Shown here: piece by piece, positions 36,801 through 48,914 of the stretch
Layout of the letters: every line of letters starts with the position of its first letter
How positions within the stretch are numbered: position 1 is the first letter of the stretch
From: Leucoraja ocellata
Taxonomy: Eukaryota
Assembly: GCA_036785375.1 (NCBI GenBank)
Contig: JAWMAR010000024.1
Location: 5,270,001 to 5,334,000, forward strand
Length of the DNA stretch: 64,000 nucleotides
Direction of reading: 5' to 3'
The notes under the pieces: generated by a model
Database searches by the model: none
What the model was told of the DNA's origin: nothing
Seen by the model: only the letters and a program-made list of their open reading frames with translations
Position numbers and translations under genes: made by a program

Positions 36801-39429
36801 CTGCCATTTCTCCGCCCCATCTACGATTTCTTTGCCATAAAGCCATAATGTTCAACAGATGTGCTGTGATATCCTGATCCTGACATTAAGCAGAAATGCA
36901 TCATTGTAAAATAACTTGAGCTATTGCAGAAATGCCTGCCTACACCTCCAAGTGCAAAATCCCGTTAACTATTGCTTTCTTGACCTTTTACTTTGCTCCC
37001 TGTACAACCGATCCACCCATGGCATTATGGCCTTGGCCCTGGCTACATTCCCCAAGGGAATCCTCTCCCCCATCATTATTCATAACTGATTACTGGTTAG
37101 AGAGCAAGATGCCCTCAAGGGTCTCCTGAACAACCTGCCTGCTCTTTTTTTTTGTCTGTGGTTGACCACGTATTATTCTGTTTATTCAATGAAAAGGCAG
37201 GTGTAGTCAAGAGAGGTGTCAACACGAGTTGTTCAACATAAGATCAAATTCAGCCAGGCTGCGCAGGAAGTGAGTGGTGATGGATGCAAGCTAGTCATGC
37301 CTTTGTTTGTGGAAAACACATAAACTGTCCTGTTCTGAATGAGGGAAACTGTTGGAGGAGATTATTACTTCTCAGAAACATTATTTTTTAATGCACGTGG
37401 AAGGCATCAGAAAGTTTCAGGCTGGAAGGAACTGAACAAGAGGAGTAAAAATAGTTAAGGCGGGAATAATTAAATTCTGTAATTTAAAAGCAGGCTGACA
37501 CATTGTGTTTTCCATAGCAACACTTTTGGTGAATTATCAAAAAAATTAAACTTCAATGTTTGTGGGGTGGGAAAGGAGAGGGGTGGTTGCAGGGACAATG
37601 ATGTTTGAGGCCTTGACAACCAGATTTGCTAGAGTAGGTGAAGTCTGACAAAACGATGGCTTAAAGTTCAGTGACCAGAGAATATTAGTGTGTGGTGTTG
37701 GGTGTTGGTATTCAGCCTGCTCAACAGATATCTGCTCAACAAATATCAATGTCTTTGTCTGTAATTTTAACAACAGTGTCAAGATTGAACCAGAAAGGAT
37801 ATGAAGTATAGCTAATTCAGATGAAATCTGGTCAGAGAGAGGAGGGCACCAAAAAAATTCAAATGGTCAATACCACAGCAGTGTTCCTCGCAGAATGGCA
37901 TAGAGCATGCACTTGGTATCCTAGTAATGATTAGAAATGTGACTCTATAAATGAAATAATTGGAATGACTACTGGAACATTCTATGTTGAGTGGTTCACT
38001 TCCTGGTGAATGTTACCTGTTGCTCAGCTAACTCCCTAAAGCCATTTCACCATGTACAAAGCTTAGACTACACCAGACTGAACCAGTTTGGCATATCAAG
38101 GTCAAAGCAGTTTGGCACATCAGGAGTCCAGCTAATATTCAGCATAATGTTAGTTAGCTAACACTGGCTAAAATTTGATATCATCCATCACTGATGTGCT
38201 GTTAATACATACTGTACCATATAGTATGTACCCCAGCAAAGAGCATGCAAATGCAAGCTTTGAAAATTGTTAGGGAGCTGATGGGACTCTGTGTTACTGA
38301 TGGTGGTCATCCCCTGGCACTTAAGAAGTAAGGATATTATCTGCCACATTTCAGGCCAGAACTTGCTTCATTAATAGAGGATTTGCAACTGGATAAACAC
38401 TCATTACAACATAGAAGAAGGCTATTAGTTCCATGCCATCAGTTCCTGCAGAGCGATTTGCTCTTCTCCATGCCATCCTCGACACTTCTCCTTCATTTTA
38501 CTCCTTCGCAGATGGTTAAAGGCTGAACTGTTGCAATGCAGGCTGCAATTAACTTCATCAGCTCCATCCGTATTTGTTGAGCAGAGGGTCCTGTGCTGTC
38601 CACAGTTTCCAAGATCTTTATTTTTGGACAATGTTGTACAGCACCAACAGATTACATAGAGCAAACAAACTGATCCAGGAGTTTTTGAGCATTTCAGTTC
38701 AGACATGTCTCAATATTCCATAGAGCAAATCAACTTGGCTGAAGACTAGCATGTAGGAGGTGAGGAGGTCAATTGGAAGACAATATGGATTATCTATCCA
38801 TTCTGGTTCTGGATGAACTTGGTTACAAACTTGTATCCATTCTTTTATTTTCTCAATCATTATTTGAAATTCTTTAAGTTGTTGCAGACCAGGAATATTG
38901 TCAGTTCCATTCTGAGATTTCTATCTATTGGCAGTGATAGAGGACATACTTTATCCCAGAATATCTTTGTAATGAGGATATAGCTGTTATCAAATATAAC
39001 TAGGATTCTTATACTTGATAACCATATAAGGACCCTGAATGTCAACCTGAACAAACCATTCATGTCAAGGAAGTTGGTGACCAGATTCAGCCATTATGCT
39101 GCAAGGATGATGTATTATTGATGGATAGTCCACAACATTTGGAAGAAGTGAATGCAACTGAAGAAGAGAAAAGCAAATGTAATTTAAAATCTCGTTCATT
39201 CTAAAGTGGACCAATAGTTTTTCGGAAACTTAATTTACAGTGGGATGCTGTCAAAATTGCCTAAGAAATGTCATTGTCTCTCGCCCTTAGCTAAGAAATA
39301 AATGTAATTAAAGTATGCAAAACAGACAGAATATTTTATAATTGTACATAGAATTCAGGAAACTTTAAAGTTCTTTGTATTGTGAGCTTCCACTGCATTT
39401 CATTTTAACACTCCTTACCACTTCCACTT

Positions 39430-39830
39430 TGACCTGTCTAACCTTGGCCTTCTCTACCGAGAGGCCAAATTGGAAGAAAACTTCATTTTTCATTTGTGCA
39501 GCCTATAATCCAATGGTATGAATATTGAATTTTACAATTTCAGGACACCCAGTAGTTCTATTCAACCTTTGATCATCTCTCCCGTTCTCCTACCTGACTG
39601 GTTCCATTTACCCATCATCCCTTCTCCATCTTGTTCTATCTATCACCTACATTACCTCTGCCCCAACCTCCATTCTCATAGTGCTACCTACCAGCAATAT
39701 TTTCTCTTCCATTCAGTCCTGATGCATGATCTTCACCTTAATGTCAATTTACACCTCATGCTTCCATGGATACAGCCTAGCCAACTCAGATCTTCCATTG
39801 TTCTATTTTATTTAAATTCCACATAGCATG
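39430..39830 (+). mobile_element. Old Penelope 3' remnant
   Basis: aaattggaagaaaacttcatttttcatttg...aatggtatgaatattgaatt resembles 28335-28405, and a degenerate terminal repeat follows. Confidence 0.55.
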
Positions 39831-40639
39831 GCCTCTGCAAAAATATTATTGGTTTTGTAGTCCGTGGATCTCAGGGAGGAAACAATGAGCTGTTGTTACC
39901 CCTTCCTTTTGCTTGCAATTCCAAGTGGAAAATGTATTTGAGTGTTAAAGTTAGCATTACTATGGAAGCTTCTGATATTTGGTGCCTGTTGAATGAAAAA
40001 GGACCACTTGGAGGAGGTAATGCAAGATATCAGGAGGCTGTGGGGCATGATTCTGAAAGAAATTTATGCCTTCAGGAAAATGGGAAGTGTGCAGCGACGT
40101 GAATGCTGAATTAGCGTGCTAGAGGGAGTCATGAAAATGTAGCATTAACTTTACTCCCTATTGCACATGTTGATTGAGATTCAAGTAACATTGTGACGAG
40201 GATCCATTGCAATGTAGGTTGAGTGTTTGAGATATTGTTTGGTACCTGTTTCAAATATTTCAGTTGATTACTGCTTCATATGTTGAATCTTACGATTTAT
40301 TTGCAAAAGTCTACATTGACTGATGTTCATATTGTGAGCATGTTAGATTTTTTTTGAGGCTTGAAAATTCATCACCCAACCAAAATGAATAACTAGTAAT
40401 TCTATCATGCCTAGCAAAAGCCCAGTTCTTTGCAGATGATTTCAAACAAGTGCAATTACTGTAGAGCTGTTTAATTATCTGGGCTGGGCTGATACATGGA
40501 GGAATGTTCATCCATTCTGTTACAACACTGTAGCCACAGGCTATCTCTGCTTGTCTGCGTTTACATCTGCACAAAAACTATGGCTAGAAATAACTTTCCC
40601 ACACCTTCGATCTGGGTGTTTCTTTTACTACATTAGAAA

Positions 40640-40970
40640 TTATTTTTGCTGTCAGTCACAAATCAATAATGAATGTTTCATTAAAAAATATGAAACCCAA
40701 GAAGTTCAAATTTTAACATGCAATGTGATTTAGACATTATATCTGCCAAAAGTGATTTTGTTGTGGAAGTTGTTCCCGCCTTCTGTTTTGTAGGAGATTT
40801 CATGCTCCCCTTGTAAACAGTAGATGATTTAAAACCTGTTTCTAAGATAAACTTTCCCATTGTCATTAATGAGGATGGATAATACTGAGTGACAAGTGCA
40901 TTTGGAAAAGCACAGAAAGAGCTGCTAGGTTTGTCAAAGCATTTTGCTTCAGGCATTGGACTTAAGGCCT
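40640..40970. promoter_or_regulatory. Candidate orthologue of the PAX6 SIMO (EI) lens enhancer
   Basis: Meis motifs TGACAG(-) at 40649, TGACAA(-) at 40860, TGACAA(+) at 40890 and TGACAA(-) at 40931. These are followed by a Pax6 paired-domain-like site TTCAGGCATTGG at 40948-40959. The block is ~15.7 kb into the last ELP4 intron; the human SIMO variant is ELP4 c.1143+14176 (from memory). The context is repeat-free. Confidence 0.7.
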
Positions 40971-43900
40971 TCTCTGCTTTTGTTAATTTTTAATATGTTT
41001 TATTTTTAGAAGACCGAATGCAAAGAGAAAAGAACAATTATTCTGCACAAGCATTTTTTAACCTCATGCAAGAAATATGATTTTTAAAGTGGCAGATGAA
41101 TTCTGCAGTTGCTTTATTGAAGGATTTTTGTTTTTGAATGAGTAATATAGTACACACTGCTTACTGCATCCATCCTGCCCCTTTGCAACTTCTAGGATCA
41201 AGGTGAAAAGAATTAGGGCACTAATGCACTTAATTTACATTCACTCAGTCTAACATCAGTGAGGGGCATTAAAATTGAATGAGTAAAATATTCAACATTT
41301 ATTATTTTATTTTCCCTCTGAAACAATTCCAAATAACAACATCACTATCCATTTCCTTTTTTAAAACTGCAATTGGTCACTTCTTTTTCGGCATGATTCA
41401 ACGTTGCCTGGCTGGCAACCAAATTGTGTCTCCGTATGGCTTCTTGACACTAATAATGACTGAGTTTCTGTTCGTTTGCGTGCAAGATTTCCCAAGCGGC
41501 AGTTTGGGGCTGGGATAAACTATCTATCATGATTGCATACGACTAATCTGCTTCATCCAACCCACCCAATGATTGAAATTGCATTTGACAAGTCACCTCT
41601 CCTTGGCGTGCCTGTGGTGCGCATAGCTGCAGACCATCCCCGGAAGGACATAGCAACTACTCCATATGCTGGGATCGTTTTATTTTTATCAAGAGACCTT
41701 TAGCCAACAGAGGCAGAGAAGGAAAAAAAGCAGCCCCATTTGTGGTGCATCATGTCTTTATATTTAAAAAAAAAAGTCACTTGCCCACATGTCACTATAA
41801 AATGCCATAAATAAATTCTGAAAGCTGGTTCCAGATTACTGAATCAGAATGTTTAAGGAGGTGACGAAAATCACCCAAATTAGTTTTAGCCTATTAAACC
41901 TTTCATGTTCTATATCAGAAGATATAATGTGAAGTGCTGTCTTAGGTTTGCAATACAGAACATGCAAGAATAATTCAGTTTTAAAAGCTTGCAAAGTAAA
42001 TATTTAGGAAAATGACAAAAAAATGTTCATCCAAGTCTGCCGATTGTAACATGAACTCTAGAATGGTTAGATCACTTGTAGAAATAATTTTTAATGAAAC
42101 AGTGATATAACAAGTGAAAGCTTGCCCCAAACAAAATGCTGTCAGCAGTTTGACTGGCAGTGCATTGTGTTTTTAATTTACTTGATAAAATGAATAAGCT
42201 TTGTTTTACATGCATTGAGACTTTAATTTTAACATTGGTTCGAATGCTACTGCTGTGTATTATTCCATAGAGAGCTTGAAATTTCATTATCTATTATATG
42301 TTAAAGCATAGTTTTCTCAGTTGTTAACACACACATGTTGAAGCATCATGAAAATAAGAGCAACCTTCTTTATTTTCACTGTTAGTATCATGTTCACCTA
42401 TGATAATTATGCACGTGTATAGAGTAGAAAATAAAACTGTCATTTAGTGTACTTCAAGATCGCTAAATTAATAGTAACCAGATTACACCGCATCTGTAGG
42501 TTGAGAAACATTGCTAACAATTCAGATTTATGATCTTTTATCAACATTTTAATCATTGTGATGAAAAGTCTTCATCTGGAAAGATCGACAACGTTTCTCT
42601 CTTCACAGATGCTGCCTGGACTGCTGAAAACTTACAATTTTCAGTTGTCTGTTGCATCTCCATCATTCGCAATGTTTTACATTTTAATGTCCAATTAATT
42701 TATTTGTTGTGAAACCCATGCATCTGTCAGCTATTTCTGATGGATCAAAGGTAAAAAAGATTGTTTTATTCTCCAAACATTATCCTCCCTTTTCATAGAG
42801 TGATAAATTACAATTGGCCTGACTGAGATTGATCTATTTTTGTAAAGTGAAGGATGCTAAGAGCTATGGATCAAGGCAGTGTATATAATTAAATGGTAGA
42901 ATAAGGTCAAGGAGGCAGAATGGCTCAATTTCTATCTTTCTGGAACCTGGTTTTAGGAAACCTGTTTCCAAAGTAGATTTTTATTTGGCTTTGCAAGCCT
43001 CGAGCTATTAGTTGATCTACCTGATTCAGGCATCACTGAACCAATAGAAAATCAGTTTTAATCCTAATCCATGTGCACTCTTTCCTCAATCAGCATAATA
43101 GATGTTTTACATTCCTTTTCAGTCAGCGGTGATCAATATAATGAAGTCATAATAACAGAAATAGTTATGCATATTAGCGACGCAGAAGTAGCAAGTTTCT
43201 AAAATGTAAAACAATTGTTAAAGATGAAATGTATCCCAATGGTTGTGACCTGGATTTAGTAATTATCTTGAAATTGTAGGAAATTGAAATCAACACCTTT
43301 ATTACCAAAGATAGATACAAAAAGATGGAGTAACTCTTCGAGTTTGGCAGCATCTCTGGAGAAAAGGAATAGGTGGTGTTTCAGGTTTGAACCCTTCTTC
43401 CAAAGATGGTTCTACCTTCTACCAAATGGGGAGGATTCTCTGAATGGTTTTTCATTAAGCAGATGGTAGATAAGTAATAATGTTACTGCTTTTAGTTGTA
43501 AGGATATAGAGAAAGAAGGAACTGGCAATGATATAGCAACAATACATTATCAAGATGTTCCAAGGCTCTTGAATTTTCCTTGGAAAGTGGTTATTGTTCT
43601 GATGTCCAGAATCAATTTGACCAAATTGACCAAAACATAAACAGGATTAAAATAAAATGCTTTCCTCGGACGTATAGAGAATTGCTGTTCTGTTTCTCAA
43701 ATAGTGCCATGTCCACTTGAGAAGAAAGGAATCCAGTTTTATTTTCATATGGAACTGGAACCTACAATATGCATATTGATTGATATACACTTGGTCCTAT
43801 TACATTCTTTCTCCGAGCTGCAAATGCCATCTTGGGGCCAAAACTACCCTGACACTTGCACCGACAGATCACCATGATCTACTTATGGATGTATCCCTTA

Positions 43901-44269
43901 TTGAGGCTAGAAAATTATGAATATACATTTCTGTATATTAACATATATTACCCCATATTTGTGTACAAAACTCAAAATTATGCATTAATCAGGAAAATGT
44001 ATGAACACAAATGTGAAGATTCTTATTATTGCCTCAATACTGAAACCAAGAGTGTTTTGGGATTTGTATGTGCTTATGATCAGATGTTTGGACAATCATA
44101 TAAGTGGTAGTATTCTAACTGGACAAGCATTATGAGACTTGCCAGTGTTCTGAAATGTTAGGATTATGCATGTGGATTGCAATATGGAATTTAGCTTGTT
44201 AAACAGCAAGAGTATCCATGCAAACAATTAATGTTCCTGTACCATCAACTTATGCCTAAAGAAGTGGCA

Positions 44270-45125
44270 TCTTGTGAGTACAGAAGAAGATGTAGAGAGG
44301 CATCAAGGAAAAATAGCCAGGCTGACTAATTACGAAGGAACATGCAGATGCAATACAATGTGGAACAACTGCAGTTATCCGTTTTGATGCTTGAACAAGA
44401 AAGTAGAGTATTTGTTTTAATGGAGAATGATTGGTTAATTTGATGTTCAAAGGGATTGATATGGTTGTATACAAGTCACTGAAAGAAAACATGTAGCTTC
44501 AGCATGCAATCGGAAATACAGATAGTATGTTGGCTTTTTTTAAAAGAGGATTTGAATGCCGGAATACATCAATTTGCAGCCTTTGTGAGACTGCATCACG
44601 ATGTGTATAGCGTTGGTCTCCTTATCTAAAAAAGGACAACTAGTGCATTGACAGAGCTTACTGGGTGATGTTATTGTCATGTTATGAGACATCGATTAGA
44701 CTAGACATGTATTCTCTACAGGCACAAGAAACTGCAGATGCTGGAAACTTGAGCAAACCAATGGTTGAGGAACTCAGCGGGTCAGTCAGAATCTGGGGAG
44801 GGAATGGACAGCTGATGTTTTTGGTCTGGACCCTTCTCCAGACTCCTGAAGAAGAAGGGTCTGAAGAAGGGTCCTAATCTGAAATGTCACCTGCCCCTTC
44901 CCTCGCTGCTGCCGCTGCTTGTCCTACTGAGTTATTCTAACATTGAATTTTGTTGATATATTCTTTGTGTAGACTTGGAACAATGAGGGATCTCATTGAA
45001 ATTTACAAAATGCTTACTGCAGCAAAATTGTGTTGTCTAAGAAGATCAGGAGTGATCTTGTTACATTTGGGATTTAAAGGCTCAAAGGAGCAGATGGCCA
45101 ACTCTTGCCCTATTTCCTATGTTGT
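44270..45125 (+). mobile_element. Heavily decayed CR1 with nested fold-back Penelope-type repeat (~44720-44950)
   Basis: CR1-like remnants (aagaggatttgaat..., tggtctccttatctaaaaaagga, agggatctcattgaaatttacaaaatgctta). Confidence 0.6.
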
Positions 45126-46388
45126 TACTTTCTCCCAGTGGGAATATAAGAGAACATGCATTTTATATTAGTCTAACAAAAATGGACCTTAGATTATTTT
45201 TTTGGGGGGGCACTTAAATATCCTGAGGTTTTGTGTTTGTCAGTCACCAGCATCATTTGTATTAGGTAGAATGGTGCTCATCTCTTGCTGGAGGTTCCAT
45301 TGGAAACCATCAGCTATCTCTTCCTTTCTGCTCAGCTTGTTTAGATGTTCAAAGCTAGTGCGATGAAAAACAAAATTCAGAGATGAGTTGCAGGTTGGGG
45401 ATCCAGTGTCAGATTTACCACTGAGTATAGGGACAGAACACATAGACCATGCATAGCCACTATGCACTTTGGTCTTGCAGGCATACATAGGCAGTCAAAT
45501 CCATTTGAATAGTATAGCCGACCCTGAGTGAAAAGGTGAGTGCAGGTAAGTGATGTTCTACAGAATTTGCTTTAACATGTGGGGTTTGTTGGAACCATAG
45601 CTTTGCAAGATAACAACATAAAATTTTGATATGTGTTGATGTGATATCTAGAAATATCCATTGTGGTTTAAGTGAATGGGGAGATTATTTCAGCTTGAAT
45701 AGTAACATTTCTATTGGCTCCCAGGAGCCAGAATATTGTTGAACTGACATCAGCTCAGTTGACTAGAAGCCACTTAGATGTTGAGCCAATCCCCCGACAC
45801 TGCTTCCTTGCATGACAATAGCGATAATTATGAAGGTATTTTTACATTTGTGATCAATATTTCTTCTGTGAATCTAGCTTGCCGGTTTTCTTCCAAATAA
45901 AATTGCTTTATATTGTATGATATCCATGATGATATTCATTCTTTGCCAGGCTATGGTAGGTTGAATAGCTTTATCAGGTTGCTGCCAACTATGCAAGACT
46001 TGTGCGTCAGAACAGCAGCACAGCACTTTACCCAATATAAAAACTACTGTGTGTTCCAGGTGTAATAAATTCTTAATGGATATTCTGTAGAACTTCACTT
46101 AAACAATGAATATTTTTCATTTCATGCCTTTGGATGCAAGATATTTTGATCATTTTGCTAATTCACATGATAATCTGGGAATCTCTTTTGCACAAATCAC
46201 AAAAAGTCCACCAGATATTGCAACGTTGTTGATATGTCAAGTGGCATATTGACTATTACTGCAAGAGAGGTTCGAGTTTAGAAATAGGGAAGTATTGCAT
46301 TTGGAAACTCAAATGTACTTATTATTTTTTTTCTCATAGGTACAAAAAAGTGGAAACGTGTGGGACCACTGTTTTGCTCTCTTAGTAA

Positions 46389-46444
46389 AGGGGCTGTCCC
46401 ACTAACGCGACCCTTTCAGCGACCGACACACACACAGTGGGACC

Positions 46445-46497
<53 letters not shown>

Positions 46498-46593
46498 TGG
46501 GCGTCCGTCCCGCTGGAGCTTTTTCAGGCGAGTGCCCTCGAGCTTGAAGGTCGAAGACAGTCGCTGAGAAGTCGCGCTAGTGGAATGGGCCCT
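46389..46593. mobile_element. Harbinger-type MITE containing a (GT)n microsatellite, inside a decayed CR1 (~46240-47060)
   Basis: AGGGGCTGTCCCACTAACGCGAC...GTCGCGCTAGTGGAATGGGCCCT, flanked by TAA/TTA; (GT)n at ~46448-46493. Confidence 0.78.
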
Positions 46594-48309
46594 TTAGTGG
46601 TATTGAAGGCATTCTGATAAGATTTACCAGGCTAATGTCTGGGATAAGTGCATTGTTCTTTCACAAGCATCAAATCAAATTTTATCTAATTTTGGAATTT
46701 AGAAGATGACAGGTGATCTTATTGAAATATGTACAATCCTAACGAGGCATAACAAGATTGATGTCAAGATGTCTCCATTAGTGATAAAATCTTGAATAAG
46801 GGGACATGGTTGTAAGTTTAAGAAGCCTCTTTTAAAACAGTGATGTGGGTTATCTCTGTTCCAGGAGATTTGTGGGAGGTAAATCTCAAAGTTATGTAAA
46901 GAGGAAGTAGACATTTTTGAAAGGTTAGGGAATCAAGGTCCAATATGAGGAACTGACACAGATGTGGAGATGAGCCTTGGGGTAGAACAACCATAATCAG
47001 ATTGAATGGTGGGTTTGGCTAGAATGGCTGAGTAGCCTGCTCTTATTTTCTTATGTCTTCTTATTGTTAATGATTCTGTTATTTTACAGCCTAGCTGGTT
47101 ACACCTATAATGAGCAGAATTTAAAGTTGTTTACATGAAATTCCGAATGTAATCTAAAAACATGTATCAGTCGTTGTAAATGGGAGTTTCCTGCAATTCC
47201 AGATATTATTTGTTTGCCACCAAAGGGTACTCAAAGTAAAAAGTGCCTATTTTGAACTCCTGGCGTTCCTATAGGAAAAGTTTAATAAATATGTTTCCAG
47301 ATGCAATAGTTTAGTATTGAAGTGGAATGGGCCCTTTAGTGGGAAGCTATTCCCTGGGAAACGTCTTTTCATTTTGCACTGTACAACTGTTGCTTGCAAG
47401 ATGACAATAAAGGTTGATTGATTGATTGAATATGGCAACTTAATGACTGGATGCAAGGATAAGTTTTCTTCTTGTTAGGATGTCTAGAATGACGGATTAA
47501 AGTCTCAGGATATGGGGTAAGACAAAGAGGTGAGTAGAGGAAAGAAAAATTCATGGACAGTTGACAAACCTACACAATGTACTGTCATAGAGAGGTCTGG
47601 AAGCCATGTCGCTTATATTTAAGGAGGCAATTAAATTTCTTAACACAAAAAGCGTGAATGGGTATGAAAAAAGATTGGCAACCGAGGTTGGGATAGATGA
47701 TCTGCCATGATTGCATTGAATGATAGACCAGGATTGAAAGACCTATCCCTCCTATTTTTCATTGTGCAAATGTTGAAAAGGAGTAAGGCTTACCTTTGGG
47801 AAAACATGTTTCATGTACCAGTGACATAAACTCATCATAAACCAACAATTAGTCACAAGTGTTGCAATCAAGTGGACCACCTGATGGTCTCTGCAAGATC
47901 TCCCAGATCAAAGTTTTATGATTGTATCGCAGCTTGAAAATAATCAAAACCTTTTTATTTTGTGCATTATTAATTAGTCATCAGTCTAAATAATACATGA
48001 AATGCTGACTTCCTTAATTTAACTGAGTGTCTCAATCTCGCACATGATCAACTCAATTTTATTTGTTTCAATCTTATTTGTTTCATTAGCTAAATAGTAA
48101 TTACTGGAAGCAGCAGAGGATCTGGAATTTTTTATATATTTGTGTTTCCTATGATAGATTTAATCTTAGAGTGAGCACTGCATCGAGGTATAGCAGGTCT
48201 TCTGATTCAGATTGCCAGTTTAGTGTCACAAAAGAGCACTTTTCCAGGAAATAGTTTAATTTGTCTTGGGGCAGTGACAGAAAAGGGATATCAGATTGTC
48301 AGTCTCGAT

Positions 48310-48467
48310 CAGTGGTTCTCAACCCACAACTCCACCAGCATACAACAACAGCCCAAGTGACATCCTGTTAAAAACATTTTTTAAGTTGTGTGTGTATGTG
48401 TGTGCCCTGCATTACGCATTGAGAGTTGATAGTGTGACTCTCTATTTAAATTGATTGAGAGCCACTG
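48310..48467. mobile_element. Old hAT (Charlie-like) MITE
   Basis: TIR CAGTGGTTCTCAA/TTGAGAGCCACTG; degenerate 8-bp flanks GTCTCGAT/GTATAGGT, resembling the NTCTAGAN target. Confidence 0.55.
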
Positions 48468-48914
48468 GTATAGGTGAAACAATCAGACTCGCTAAAACAA
48501 AACAATGTTAATTTGACAATGATCCAGTCATGGATTTTTATGCCTTGAAATACTATTTTACTATCCCTCTCACTTTCCTCCCCCATTCACCCAAACTCTG
48601 TGACCTTCCATTCTGCCTAAATTACTTCTAAGTTATTTAACTTTTTCTCCAGAAAAAATAAATTGGGGATGCAAGATTACGGTAACAACAAAAAATGTAT
48701 AAAATATATATTAATGGGCCTATGTATTTTTCTGTCAGGAGTAAGCTGTGCATAGTCATCACTGATCTCTGAATTAATTCAAAGTTATCTTTGCTTCCCA
48801 CAGCGAGAACCTATGAAGAAAGGTACCTAGTTCCCGGTGGCAAACATACATTCCATTATGGGAAAGAAGACTAAAAAAAATGCATATTTACAGCTGGCTG
48901 TAAATATTTTGAAT

